Origin: Leptogorgia sarmentosa
Lineage: Eukaryota
NCBI GenBank assembly: GCA_964658305.1
Contig: OZ210885.1
Coordinates: 22,630,001-22,694,000 of the forward strand
Direction of reading: 5' to 3'
DNA: 64,000 nt
Shown here: positions 25,416-37,800 of the stretch, one piece after another
Position numbering within the stretch: the stretch's first letter is position 1
How the letters are laid out: the number at the start of each line of letters is the position of its first letter
Translations under genes and position numbers: made by a program
The notes under the pieces: model-generated
Databases searched by the model: none
What the model was told of the DNA's origin: nothing
The model's input: the letters and a program-made list of their open reading frames with translations, nothing else

Positions 25416-28400
25416 ATGGCTCACAAAGGAGACAAGGATGTTTTAGAAAATATCGCAACAACTTCGGCAGTTAGCCCAGAAACTGCTGCCAAAAAGCAAA
25501 AGCGTGCGGAATATGAAAGTAGACGAGGAAAATCGAGGGTAAACCTCTATGAACAATTTGTTCCTTGGACAGAATTAAAGAATGAGCTTGATTTTGACAC
25601 CCACGAACAGCTTGCGGAGTTTCTGATCAACTCATATTTGTCTGGACGGAATACTGTTATTAAATGGTATGTGATATGTTTTGATAGTATCAATGATACT
25701 CTTTATGCTTTGGCCGCAAAGAGCATCTTTGTAATTCATGTTTTTGTATATTTAGCGACGCGGAAACACAGACGGACAATATGCAAATGTCGGTGTCATG
25801 GTCACCAACATCGTTCCTGGCAGAATCGCCAGTAAAACCGTTGACGCCATGTAAGTATCAAATTATTCTTTAGTTTACTTGTTTTAACATTTCGTTGACT
25901 ACCAATATTGGGTTTTAGTGCTTGCAATATTTATAAATATATATATATATATATTTTAGTAATGATGTCAACTCCTAAGTCTACCCCGGAGCCAAATCCA
26001 ACAGAGGAAACCATTCCAACCCAGACAATTGGATCAAAAGAACCGTCCAGGAAGCGACGACTTCTTTCAGAATCTACAATTACCGCGTCCACGCAATCAA
26101 GGTATTATATTTACACCTTGTGCATGATTGAAGTATAAATAACAATGAATATAAAATTATAAATACAATGCATTTACCTGTAAATTATGCAAGATTAGGT
26201 AGGCAATAGGCATACCATGCAGAGAATGGTTCAACCTGACATATCGGCAATCGGTACTCCGACCAAACACAATTCTGATGTTTAGTGTTTAAATTTTGAG
26301 CTTTGAGGTACATAAGCCTGACAAGTAGAGCAGTCATTGTTTAGTAAAACTTGAGAGCAAGGCTGAATTGCTAAGCTTTATTAGTACAGAAAGAATTATG
26401 GTACTCTATTTCCAGTCAGCAACCCCACGGTACCCGTACCTTATAAATTTGACATGGTCCATAACTTGATCTTTGTAAAAAATAACATTATTAAAAATTT
26501 TGATCCATGCAAAAAATGAATCAATTTTACTGACATATACTCCTGCTGAAGGGTATATTAAATCCTTAAAAGAGCCCACCTTCATGTTAATCTATTAAAA
26601 ATATTGTGTGATATTGTATTACAGCATGATTGTGTCTACAGTAATAGCAATTTTTTTGTGTTCTATTCTCAGGTTGGATTATAGCCAAGATGAAGAGAGA
26701 ACACTGACAGGCACAGAATTCCCACTGGAGAGCTCTGAATCTGATGATGATGTGGAATTAAATATTGATGAGCGTACATTGTGAGTATACATATGTTGCC
26801 ATTTTCTTTATAACTTAGCTGGATATTTGCATGGTCTGATTATCCTATGTTGTATTTCTATGTTCTTAGTCAGGATATCAAATGACTGAACTAACCTATT
26901 AAATCCTGAATAATCACTAATCAGTACTGACTATCCTTTCACAATTTTTTTCTCTTTTAACCACATTATATACAATATATACTGTATGCTATGGTGTATA
27001 CATACAACAGTGATGCAACTATTTTCACATTAATGTCATTCAATAATTTTAGTAATCAATTTCTTATTGTTGATTTATTGCTATCATATTAATTGCACTT
27101 CTTTAGAACAAATATTGATGAATTGGAAAGAATATCCCAAGAGGAAAAAGTGTTTGACACACTGTTGGGTGAACAGGAAGAGACAGAAGATCCTGACTTG
27201 ACACTGCCTCCACCTACTAATGTACCCACAGATATCCCACATTTGCAGCTTATACAAATGGAGAAGTGTATAGTGTTTACAGATCGCATTCTTGAACTGT
27301 TGCAAACATTGCATGGTGCTAATTGTAACAGATCGGAATGCCCAAAACACTGGGAATACACTAAAACATATGTTGGTAGCTGTCTTGTGGTAACATGGAA
27401 GTGTTCATCAGGCCATTTTGGAAAAAGCTGGTCAGCTCAACCTCTTACTAATAGAATGCGTGCTGGGAACCTATTGTTATCATCATGTTTATTATTATCT
27501 GGAAATTCCTTCACTAAAACTGCACTATTTTTTAAGTTCCTGAATCTTAAGTTTATTTCCAAGAGCCTATTTTATCAGCACCAAGGACTTTATGTTGCAC
27601 CAGCTGTACAGAGCTATTGGGATACAATGAGGCAAACATTGCTAGATGAGAGACAAAATAAAGAAATTCTGCTCAGTTCAGATGGTAGGAATGATTCCCC
27701 AGGGCATTGTGCACAATATTGCACATACACAATGGCAGATATGGTTGACAAGGTGATATTGCAGCAGAATGTTCTGGATGTTCGTGAGGTAGCTGGCAGG
27801 AAAAGCACCAACATGGAAACTATTGGTTTCCAGCGTAGCATGGATGCCTTATTGGGGACTGAAATCATCATTAAGGAGGTCATTACTGATGGTCATACTG
27901 GAATTGCAGCTTTAATGAGTGAGTCCTTAATTAATTCTATATCTTTCTTGCCTATCAGCCATTTTGTCATTCATGAGTCTTTGTGTCAGGGCTTATACAC
28001 ATACCGTATTCTCTCTATTTAGCCCCCCGAGGGGCTTATTCATTTCAGGACCTTTAGAGGGGGGGGGGGGGCTTATTAGAGAGTGGGGCTTATTTATTTT
28101 TTCCACTCGAAAGGGGGGCTCATTTGAGAGGGGGGGCTAAATAGAGAGAATACAGTATCATAAAATACAAATGAATATACATTATAGGTCACTCTGATAA
28201 GTATGTTGGCATTGTGCATCAGCGAGATGTTTGGCATGGTGGAAAGTCTATTGGAAAAAAGGTCACAAATGTAAGTTTTATCAGTTTTATGTACATGTGC
28301 CATACAATGTTATGTACTACACAGTGTGTGTACTGGAATCCAATATGGTAGCAAAAGTTGCTTTTCTTTTGAGTACTGGTATTATGTTATTGTTTTGCAA

Positions 28401-29917
28401 AATTGAATAGTTTTTTTTCTGTATACGATTGGAAAAAAGTACTGTAATGTGATGCTGTATTTATGCTGTCTTATACAACTAATTTTACCAGTATTTAATG
28501 AGTGCTGTTTGGTACTGAGTCTATGCTAAAATGTCAATTTTTGGAAATAACATTGTATTCTTTCTTTGATTAGATTGCTAAAGAAAAAGGAAATTCAGAT
28601 CTGGCCCAATGGGCAGGAGCTGTAAAAAACCATTTTTGGTATTGCAGTAGGCATTGTGACGGAAATGTTGATGATTTCAAGGTACAGTATGTACAATCAT
28701 TAATGCTGTGTGTTTACTGATGCCATAGCACTTTGGGATAAATAATTTTGGTAAAGCATTAGTCAAAGCCTTTTTTATCTAAAATACTGCATGACAAGCC
28801 GCTGGCTATTACAACATTGTTTCCAGGAAACTACATGTATGAGTAAATTAATAATTTTGTAGGATTTGTGGAGAGGAGTGCTTCATCATGTTATGAATGA
28901 GCATGAATGGGCATTAGACAATGGCAAAAGCACTGGAAAATGTGGTCACGGTGAATTAAATGAAGAAGAAAGACAAAAACCTTGGTTGAAGAAAAACAGT
29001 AAACCACACAGTGCATTGCAAAAGGTTGTGTTGAGCAAGAGATTCCTGAACACATTTCATTATTATACCAACTTCAGGTTAGTCATCTTTCTATATGTAA
29101 CTTTTTCCACTATTACAAAGGTATTTCTCTTTCTTTCCAAGCTAATTTTGAATTATCAGTCTGCACTCTGTACTTTATTGTATGTGGTATTACAATGAAT
29201 GTTGTTCTTATTATTTTAGGCACACAGGTTTCCTTCAATCCTTTCACAATCATATGTTGATGTATTGTCCAAAACGGCATGCATATTCGTAAGTATGAAA
29301 GGCTGTATGCTGTACCATGTTCAAGTGCCATGAAACTGAGTCAATATATTAGTCACACTGCTATTACATGCAGTATATTTGTATTGGGCATTTGTACCAA
29401 TCTCAAACAATTTTTGGTAAAGAAAAACTAAATTGTGCACTAAAATTTGCTTCACAGGTATGTAGGATACAAACTTCGTAATCAACTTGCTGTGATTGAC
29501 TTCAACAGTCATGGGAATCGACAACCCTATAAGAACTATGCTGGAGAACTTGTGTAAGTAACTGCTGCAGTACATTTTTTTTCAACAAAATAATCAATTA
29601 CTGTCACTATCATCCATTACAGTACTAATGAACACACTTGAGCTGATACTTATGCTTGTTTTCTATCTTTTAGATACCGTGCCCAACACAGCAAGCGAAC
29701 TAAGCAATGGAGACCAGTTGCTGTTCTTGTGCCAAAGGAATACAATTATATACCTTCACTTATTGTGAAGATATTTAATGAGCAATTGAAAACTGCCACA
29801 GTAAATCAAAAACAAGTGAGGAGTGCGGAGGATCCAAGAAATATTGCCCCCAATATAGCATTAGAACCAAGGCCACATATGAAGGAGTTGTTGGAAAAGC
29901 ACAAGTCACGGTTTTGA
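25416..29917 (+). CDS. Kolobok transposase, ~11 exons; expected catalytic Glu appears as Gln
   Basis: GT-AG exons join in phase. SDGRNDSPGHCAQYCTY, ITDGH, RDVWHGGK, NHFWYC, HTGFLQSFHNHMLMYCPKR, LAVIDFN. Confidence 0.8.
28004..28155. mobile_element. TA-flanked MITE in a Kolobok intron
   Basis: TIRs CYGTATTCTCTCTATTTAGCCCCCC. TA TSD. Confidence 0.85.
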
Positions 29918-29961
29918 TATATTTACATAGTTCATAATATATTTACAAAACACATAGTATA

Positions 29962-30136
29962 CAGTGGCGTAGGAAGATCGATAAATGGGGGGGGGGGGGG
30001 GGGGGGGGGGGGTTATAATCATTATGTTCATGTTCACAGACCTTGAAAACAATTGATTTCAAAAGAAATTAGTAATATGCATAGAACAAATGTATGAATA
30101 AAAGACCTTCCAATTATCGATCTTCCTATGACACTG
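29962..30136. mobile_element. hAT-type MITE
   Basis: Imperfect TIRs CAGTGGCGTAGGAAGATCGATAA. Perfect 8-bp TSD ATAGTATA. Confidence 0.9.
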
Positions 30137-30713
30137 ATAGTATATGTACTTATTTAATGAATTTTTGGAGTGAAAACAGAAGCTTTACATTGCCTGATAT
30201 CTTCAGCATTGAAAACAAAGAGTGCCAAACTGGTGCACTTTTAGTAAAATTTCTGTTTCCAGCTCATATATTACTATACATCCTGTGCCCAGGTTCAGGA
30301 GTTTCCATAAAGCGATTATGGGGATGGCACAATGCCAGAAAATTTTTGTATGTTCTGCTAACTGCCCATGCAGTTTGAGCATTTTTGGACTGGGTGGAGA
30401 GTCTTCATGCAGGATGTTCACCATTTTGCTCACAGTTTGTCAGCTCTCTGGTGACTCCACAATACAGTCCTCCCCACAATGTGTAACCGTACATCCTGTG
30501 CCCAAGTTCAGGAGTTGCCATAATGCCATTATGGTGACAACCGGGAGGGCACATTGTTATACGTTGATTTTGTATAAATATCTAAGTATCTATCTATATA
30601 TATATTTGGTAATTAAAACACTGTAGTGTATAATATAATAATTTTAAAGCATTAAAACTGAACAAAAAAGCTGTTTGCAAATGTAATTAATTTAAATCAA
30701 TTATATTTTCCAG

Positions 30714-32246
30714 TTACAATCTTGCTGGCCTGAAGCCCACATAAACACCACTGGGCGATGGATAGCGATTCCTAATTGCTTTCACACAGCAACTTGGGAT
30801 AACTCTCCGGTTACCTTGTCCAAGTCTCCCATGTTGCCATAAAACAAACTGTCTGTACGCTGTGTGTCGGAAGTTCTCATTATTTCTGGGATGTTCCATT
30901 GCCAACATATCCTCCCTGTACCTCATTGCAATATCTAGGATATTTCCATCCAACACAATCTGGTAGAACAACAGGTTTGTTGTGATACATGGACGGACAC
31001 TCCGTGTGCAACAGTGGTTTTCAGCTTGTGTTGGCATTGCCACACACAAACCACACTTGCACCAATCAGGTGAATTTTGGTGGTCATCTGGTTGCCCTGG
31101 TTGCTCTGGTTGCCCTGGCTCTTCTGGTTGCCCTGGTTCTTCTGGCTGCCCTGGATCATCAGGCAGTAATAGGTTTCTTTGTTCAGCTTCTTGATCCACA
31201 TTAATTGGTAATTCGCCATTTACCAAGTCAGCAAACAATGCAGGTTGTCGTCTTAGTAGTTCGACTGCCAAACGTCTAACTGCTCCTTCATTCAAGCCAT
31301 TTATGAGTTCCTAATGAAAAATATTTTGTTTTGAATGTTTTTTTATAGAGTAGGTATATGCCAGTTATTTTTCCCTAAAGAAATGACCTTGATAGATATA
31401 CAATTCAATATTGGGTAAGTTTTGATAATTTCTTTTATGGTAACACATTTGATAACCTGCAGTAGTTAGTAGTATTATATAGATAATGAACAAAAGCAAC
31501 AAGGATACACTCGCTACCTAATTAGGTAAACATTCTGAAGAGCTACCTACGCTGGCGACGTGTGCCTGTAGTATTGTATTCCTATATTTGACAAACACAA
31601 TCAACTGATAGTAGACTAACTAAAACAGTGAAAAAGCATTTTTTCAGATGTACCTGTATTTGTTCTTGGTGCTGAACCTGCCTTTCTTCTGAATTTTCCT
31701 CAGCCACCAATCCACCACGTCCTCTACCCCTCGATGATCGTCTAGGTTGCCTAGGCCGACCTCTAGATGACGTTGACCCCCGAGGTTGGGCAACCCCTCT
31801 TGAACGTCCACGTCCACCTCTTGCACCCCTTTTACGTTTTGGCTCAGGAGGTTGAAACATTTCATCTGAGGATTCCTGGTCCTAATACAAAATAATCACA
31901 TGATTACAATACAAAATCAACTAATAAACCCAACCACAATAAGACAAAACGTAAATGTAATGTTGAAAGTTCATACCAAAGAATCTTCAGAAGTTGAAGA
32001 AAAATCTCCATCTATAAGGCTTCTTCTGTTGAGACAACCTTCACTTCCTCGTTCATGACACGCAGAAGAACATGAATGTCCAGCATTTTTGCATGGACAA
32101 GCATTAAGTCCCCTCTCTCGTAAACACATGAACTTGCTCGATTTACATTTGCAAACCGTAGTATTATCGCTAAACGGCTTTTCAGATGCCTGCATAAACT
32201 CGCTTTCATCTTGCTGCTCGATCGTAAACGATGTCGACGCTTCCAT
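30714..32246 (-). CDS. Kolobok accessory protein KolX (P2X7 C-terminal-like Cys-rich domain), 3 exons
   Basis: Exons ~32246-31977, 31880-31654, 31310-30714. WCKCGLCVAMPT.AENHCC, RHTAYRQF..W..GRLG.GNRRVIPSCCVKAIR..YPSP..YVGF. N-terminal CXC-like cluster and PGQPEE repeats. Confidence 0.85.
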
Positions 32247-34819
32247 ACCTGGCCCGTGGCGAGTTCGAAAGTAATAAATAATGCCGTATACCAGGTTTTT
32301 TCCCATATTATTTTCAATATTTTCACAATGGAACCACTGACTTTGTATAAATATAAACAGGATGCGGCCAATCGTTATCATTTTACGAAAGTGTTGTTCG
32401 GTACTTCAGTTCACACCAATAAGTGTAAACTCGAATAGAAATCGAATTTCCTTATTGCTATAAAGCCACCCAAATAGCCAATTAGTACGCCAATTTATCG
32501 TTGTGTGGCCCTAGCTTATGTCACCAATAAATTCCACCTAACGCGTATTTTATTTTGAATTGGAAGGAGTGAAGTCCGCCATTTTTATTGTAAAAATCTT
32601 AATATGAAAATGTAGAAATACTTGGTGTACACACAAACATAATGGATGTAAACAAAAAATGTAAATAAAGCTCGCGCATGCTCAAATTTGACTGGATATC
32701 ATCTTTAAAGATAGGTGAGGTGTGAGCAGAGAAATTAGAAAATGTTATAATACGTAAAGCTTTCTTTTGTAAAATAGTTAATGGTTCAATGTTAGTTTTA
32801 TATGTGTTACCCCAAATGAGAACACCATAAGTTAAAAATGGGAAAATAATTGAGTAATAAACTTGAATCAACGTTTCAACATTAACGAAATGGCGAAGTT
32901 TTGTTATTAAACCAATACCTCGTGCAATCTTCTTAGAAAGTTCCAAGACATGTTTCTTTCAGTTTAAGTGACTATCTATAATAATTCCCAAGTATTTAAC
33001 AAATTTGTTATTAATTGTTAGTTTTACTGTGTGTGTTACTTTTTTTTGAGCTGGATGGAACAGAACAAAATTAGACTTATCAATATTCAAAGATAGTTTA
33101 TTGACGCATAACCACTCAAGATAGTACAAAGCTGCTCATTTATGTGTTCTTCTAAATTGTTAAGATTTTTATGCGCAAAGAAAAGATTCGAGTCGTCAGC
33201 AAAAAGATGAAAATCAAGACTTTTGGCAGAGTTACAAAAATCATTTATGTAAATTAGAAACAAAAGAGGCCCCAACACAGAACCTTGAGGGACACCACAT
33301 TTTATCGTTTGTTCATTGGATGTAGCAGATCCAATTAAAACAGCCTGTTTTCTGTTTGTAAGATATGAATAGAACCAGTCATTAGCTACACCTCTAACTC
33401 CATAGTTTTCAAGCTTTTTTAATAAAATGAAATCATCAACAGTGTAGAATGCTTTAGTGAAATCAAGAAATATACCACAAGAAAAAAGCTTATCTTCAAT
33501 AGCTTTTTGTATTTTATCAGTAATCAATAAAATTGCCTGAGTTGTAGATCATTGAGAACGAAAGCCAAATTGTATTTCGTTAAGTAAGTTATTCTTTTCA
33601 AAGTAATTAGATAATCTTGTGTACATTAACTTTTCTAAAATTTTACTAAATATTGAGAGCAGTGAGATAGGGCGATAGTTTCCTAAAACTGTTTTATTTC
33701 CATTTTTAAAGACTGGAATAACTTCAGCAAATTTCAACTTATTAGGTACTACACCAGTTTCGAATGAACAATTGAATAAATATGACAGTGGTTCTGAAAT
33801 GGTAGTATTAAGAGTTTGGAGCAACTTTATTGGGATACTATATGGTCCTACTGACTTTGATGTGTTAAACGAAGCAATTATAGCTTCGATTTCACAATGA
33901 GAGATTGGGTTTATGAAAAAACTGTTTGATGAAGAATTCTTTAAAAATTTTTCAAATGAAGAACTGGTTAATGGTATTTCATTAGCAAGATTTGGCCCAA
34001 TATTTACAAAATAATTGTTAAAAGCATTGGCGATTTCTTTTGGATTGGTAACTTCGCCATTATCGTTTTTTATAATCATTGGAATATGATAGTGTATCTT
34101 TTTGAGAGTAATTAGTTGCTTAATACCCTTCCAAGTATTTTTAATATTGCTTTTATTAATAGCAAAATAATTGGAATAAAATTTCCTTTTACGTATCATT
34201 AATAAATGTTTTAGTTTATTTCGATAAAACCTGAATTTTGATAAGTAGTAATGGTTTTTGGTTCTAATATATGACTTGTAAAGTTTGTTTTTAACTTTTA
34301 TTGATTTTCTTAAACCTTTGGTAATCCACAGCTTACTGAGAACTTTAATCTCTCGTTTTGTCATTTTTTTTAATGGAACATGCCTGTCAATAATGTCCGT
34401 TAATGTTTTATGAAAACAGTCAAATTTGTCATTTGCATCATCAGTATCTGGCATGACATTTTCCCAATTAATTCCCCGAACTTCTTCAATTAGGTTTTCT
34501 TCATTATAGTTAGAATAATCCCTTCTATAGATATCTTGTTTGAATGAGGTATGAATTAAATTATTTATAATAAGGAAATTAGGAAGATGATCAGAAATAT
34601 CATAAATTAAGTTCCCACTGATAGTGTCATGTTCAATTGAATTAAAATATATATGATCTATTAAAGTTGCTGTGTGATCAGTAATCCTAGTAGGTTGGAT
34701 TATATGTGGTTGATAGCAAAATGTTGTCAAAGTATTAATAAACTCGTCAGTTGAGGAATGTGATTCATAATTTAATAAATTAATGTTAAAATCACCCATT
34801 ATAGTGCTATATTTGTTTT

Positions 34820-37800
34820 TGTAACCGCTGACGATACTTTCCGAATACGGAAGGTCGGGTTCGGGCCCCCGGAGAGAACTCAGTCAAAATAAATACAAAT
34901 TTAAAAAACGTGCGAACAGCGAACAGTTGTAGTTAATATTTTGTTGTGAGAGCAAAACTTTGTTCTACGTCATTCAAATAAATTCTTACGATTAGTTGCG
35001 TCACGATTATTTGTTTGCCAGTTTCAACGAACAAGTTTTAATTCCTGGATAGAGCATCACAACTCACAACTTTATAGAGCAAAGTAAACGAACAAATACG
35101 CGAAGGCTCGCTAGGAGTTACAGTAGAACAAAGTGGAACAATACCTTTGCGACTCTGTTCCTAAGGTCAGTTTTACGTTTAATTGTTGAATACGAGTGGA
35201 ACTTGGACGATTTACTAGTTAAATTGCGAATATCTGCTTGCGACCTTGCAAAACGGCGTCTGCATAACGTCTGTATGTAAATTTGTTTGTTCACGTGGGC
35301 GCCATCTTGGACGTCGTCGGACATCTTCGGAGTTCCTCGGAGTTAACTCGCAAATTTTGCGTAACAGCGAAATGAGTGATAAAAGAACGGAAATCAGTCG
35401 CGAGAATTTGAGCGGAACTAAAATGGACGGTGATAAAGGGAGCGTCAACAATTTGGAGGACGCTCAAACCCTCCCAAGGGATCAAGATGCAGTCAAACAC
35501 TTGCAAAACGAATTTCACATTGCTTTAAGAAACTGGAGAAGGCAAATGAACGAAGTCAGATACAAGCTAGTAAAAGAAAGGAATACCAAATCGTTAGAGC
35601 TCGGGTCCCAAGCACTGTTGAGAAGTATGAAGGAAATCACTGAGGCTCAAGATGTGCTTGAAGACACTCTAGACTCAACGGTGGAGAAAATGGCCTTATT
35701 TGCAAAATTCGAAGACATCAGCCACGAAACTGACTTAATCCTTAAAGAAGTCAATAGTGTATTGCGCGAGCTAAGGTCCAAGGAAGATTGTTTATCAATC
35801 GCATCTTCAAAAAAAAGTCGACGGTCATCTAGAAGTAAATCCTCTTGTTCTTCGACAAGTACAACTTCAACTGCGCAACAACGTCGTATGGATCTAGAAG
35901 AAGAGCATGCAACCTTGAAGGCCAAGCTGCAAATGGCTGAAGCAAGAGAAGATTTGGACGAGGCCAACAGAAAGGCTTTAGAACATCTTGATCATAAAAG
36001 GCTTGAACTCAAAAGGGAAGAATCCAGGGTGATGAAGGGAATAGAGAACGCAACCAAGAAATTTGAAATCACGCAAGAACTAGCGGAAAGGGAAGCCAGG
36101 ATTAACGTATGCAAGAGATATGAAGAAGAGTTGGCACCGTCTCACTTAGAAGAAACTATTGAAACAATCACTCCTCAAGAGCAAATCGCCAGATTCCTAG
36201 ATTCACAACCTAATGTGCCAAATTCTACTGACCCAATAACCGAAGCTATCCCTCCACCACCAGAAGATCCTCAACAGGCACCACCATCACCGAGTCTTGA
36301 TCCATTGAAACCGGCCTTTATTCCCAAGGGTCAACCTCCCCCACCAGTTAATCAGCCAAATCCTCCGCATCCACCAGCTGATAACAATGTTACCCACCCA
36401 TCAACCGAAGAATACAACGTAGTCCAAGCTCAACTCCAAGTCATCTCGAAACTACTGGAAGCTCAGAACCAGAATCGTCTACCCTTGCCCGAGCCTGGCA
36501 CCTTCACTGGAGACCCCTTACAGTTTCCGATCTGGCTCAGGGCCTTTGAGACACTTGTTGAAAGCCGGGCCCTAAATCCAGCCAAAAGACTCCACTTCTT
36601 GGGCAAATACGTCAGTGGTGAGGTGAAGGAATTGATCAAGGGGTTCATGTTATATTGGATGGCGAAGATGCGTATCAGAAGGCCAGGGGAATGTTGTCTA
36701 AACGGTTCGGTGATTCATTCACGGTTGCGGCAGCCTTTCGGAAGAAGATTGATTCGTGGCTGCAAATACACCCTAATGACACTTTGGGTCTGAGAAAATA
36801 TGCCGACTTTCTCGTCCAGTGTGAGAAAGCAATGGAAAGGATCAGCAGCTTAAGGGTGCTAAATGATGATCAGGAAAACCGCAAGATGTCATCGAAACTT
36901 CCAAGATGGGCGTCGGTTCGATGGGGAGGAATGGTCTACGCATGGAAGGAGAAGAACAATAACTTCCCCCCATTCTCCGAATTCGTAAAGTTCCTCGTGA
37001 ATGAGTCCAATATAGTGTGCGATCCAGTCAACAACCGGAAGCTTGATACCAAAGAAGATTACAAGAAGTTAAGAAACCAACAGCGTGGGCCAATAAGTGG
37101 TAGAACGCGATCTCTCACGGACGGACCTCGCAACCGAAATACACTTGCTACGCGAACAGAAGAAGAGCGCAAAGAGAAAACCCCTCCAAATCAATCTGGA
37201 AATGTAACCTGCCTGTACTGTGATGGACCACATGAACTTAACTCGTGTCAAGGTTTCTGCGCCAAAGACATCAAGGAAAGAAAGGAATATACGAAGACGA
37301 AAGGTCTCTGTTTTGGATGTTTAACACAGGGTCATATCTCTAAAAACTGCAAGAGAAGGAAAACCTGTGCAATTTGTGGAAAGTCTCACCCAACCTCCCT
37401 TCATGGAGACCTCAAGAAACCCGAAAGCGAAAGGGGCAATATCCAAACCCCAGAAAATCCCACTACGACTCACTGCACAAAAACCTGTTTCATGAATGAT
37501 GGAAATGACCACCAGATCAGCTCCATGATCGTACCTGTATATGTAAGCCACGTAGACAGCCCCAGCGCAGAAAGGCTCGTTTACGCGCTCCTTGACGACC
37601 AGTCTGACACCACATTCGTCTCCCAAAAAACATTGGACCATTTGAATGTCACTGGAACGAGGACACAGTTGTCTCTGCATGCAGAGAACAAGTTGCTGTT
37701 CAGCAATCGGATCAGGGGTCTCATAGTAAGCGATGTGAAACACCTAACATCGATCCATCTCCCAACAAGCTATTCCTGTACCACACAATCCCTGCTAAAC

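Larger units (their letters stand above)
25256..32704 (+). mobile_element. Kolobok DNA transposon with convergent transposase and KolX genes
   Basis: ~33-bp TIRs AGATGATATCCAGTC.AAT.TGAGCATGCGCGA. TTAA TSD (25252-55, 32705-08). Confidence 0.93.

Noticed and set aside
29986..30012. Long poly-G run as a functional G-quadruplex
   Set aside because: It is part of a MITE. Similar G runs occur in other MITEs here, and homopolymer length is unreliable.
30714..31295. Host P2RX7 gene
   Set aside because: There is no channel domain, and it lies inside Kolobok TIRs/TSD.
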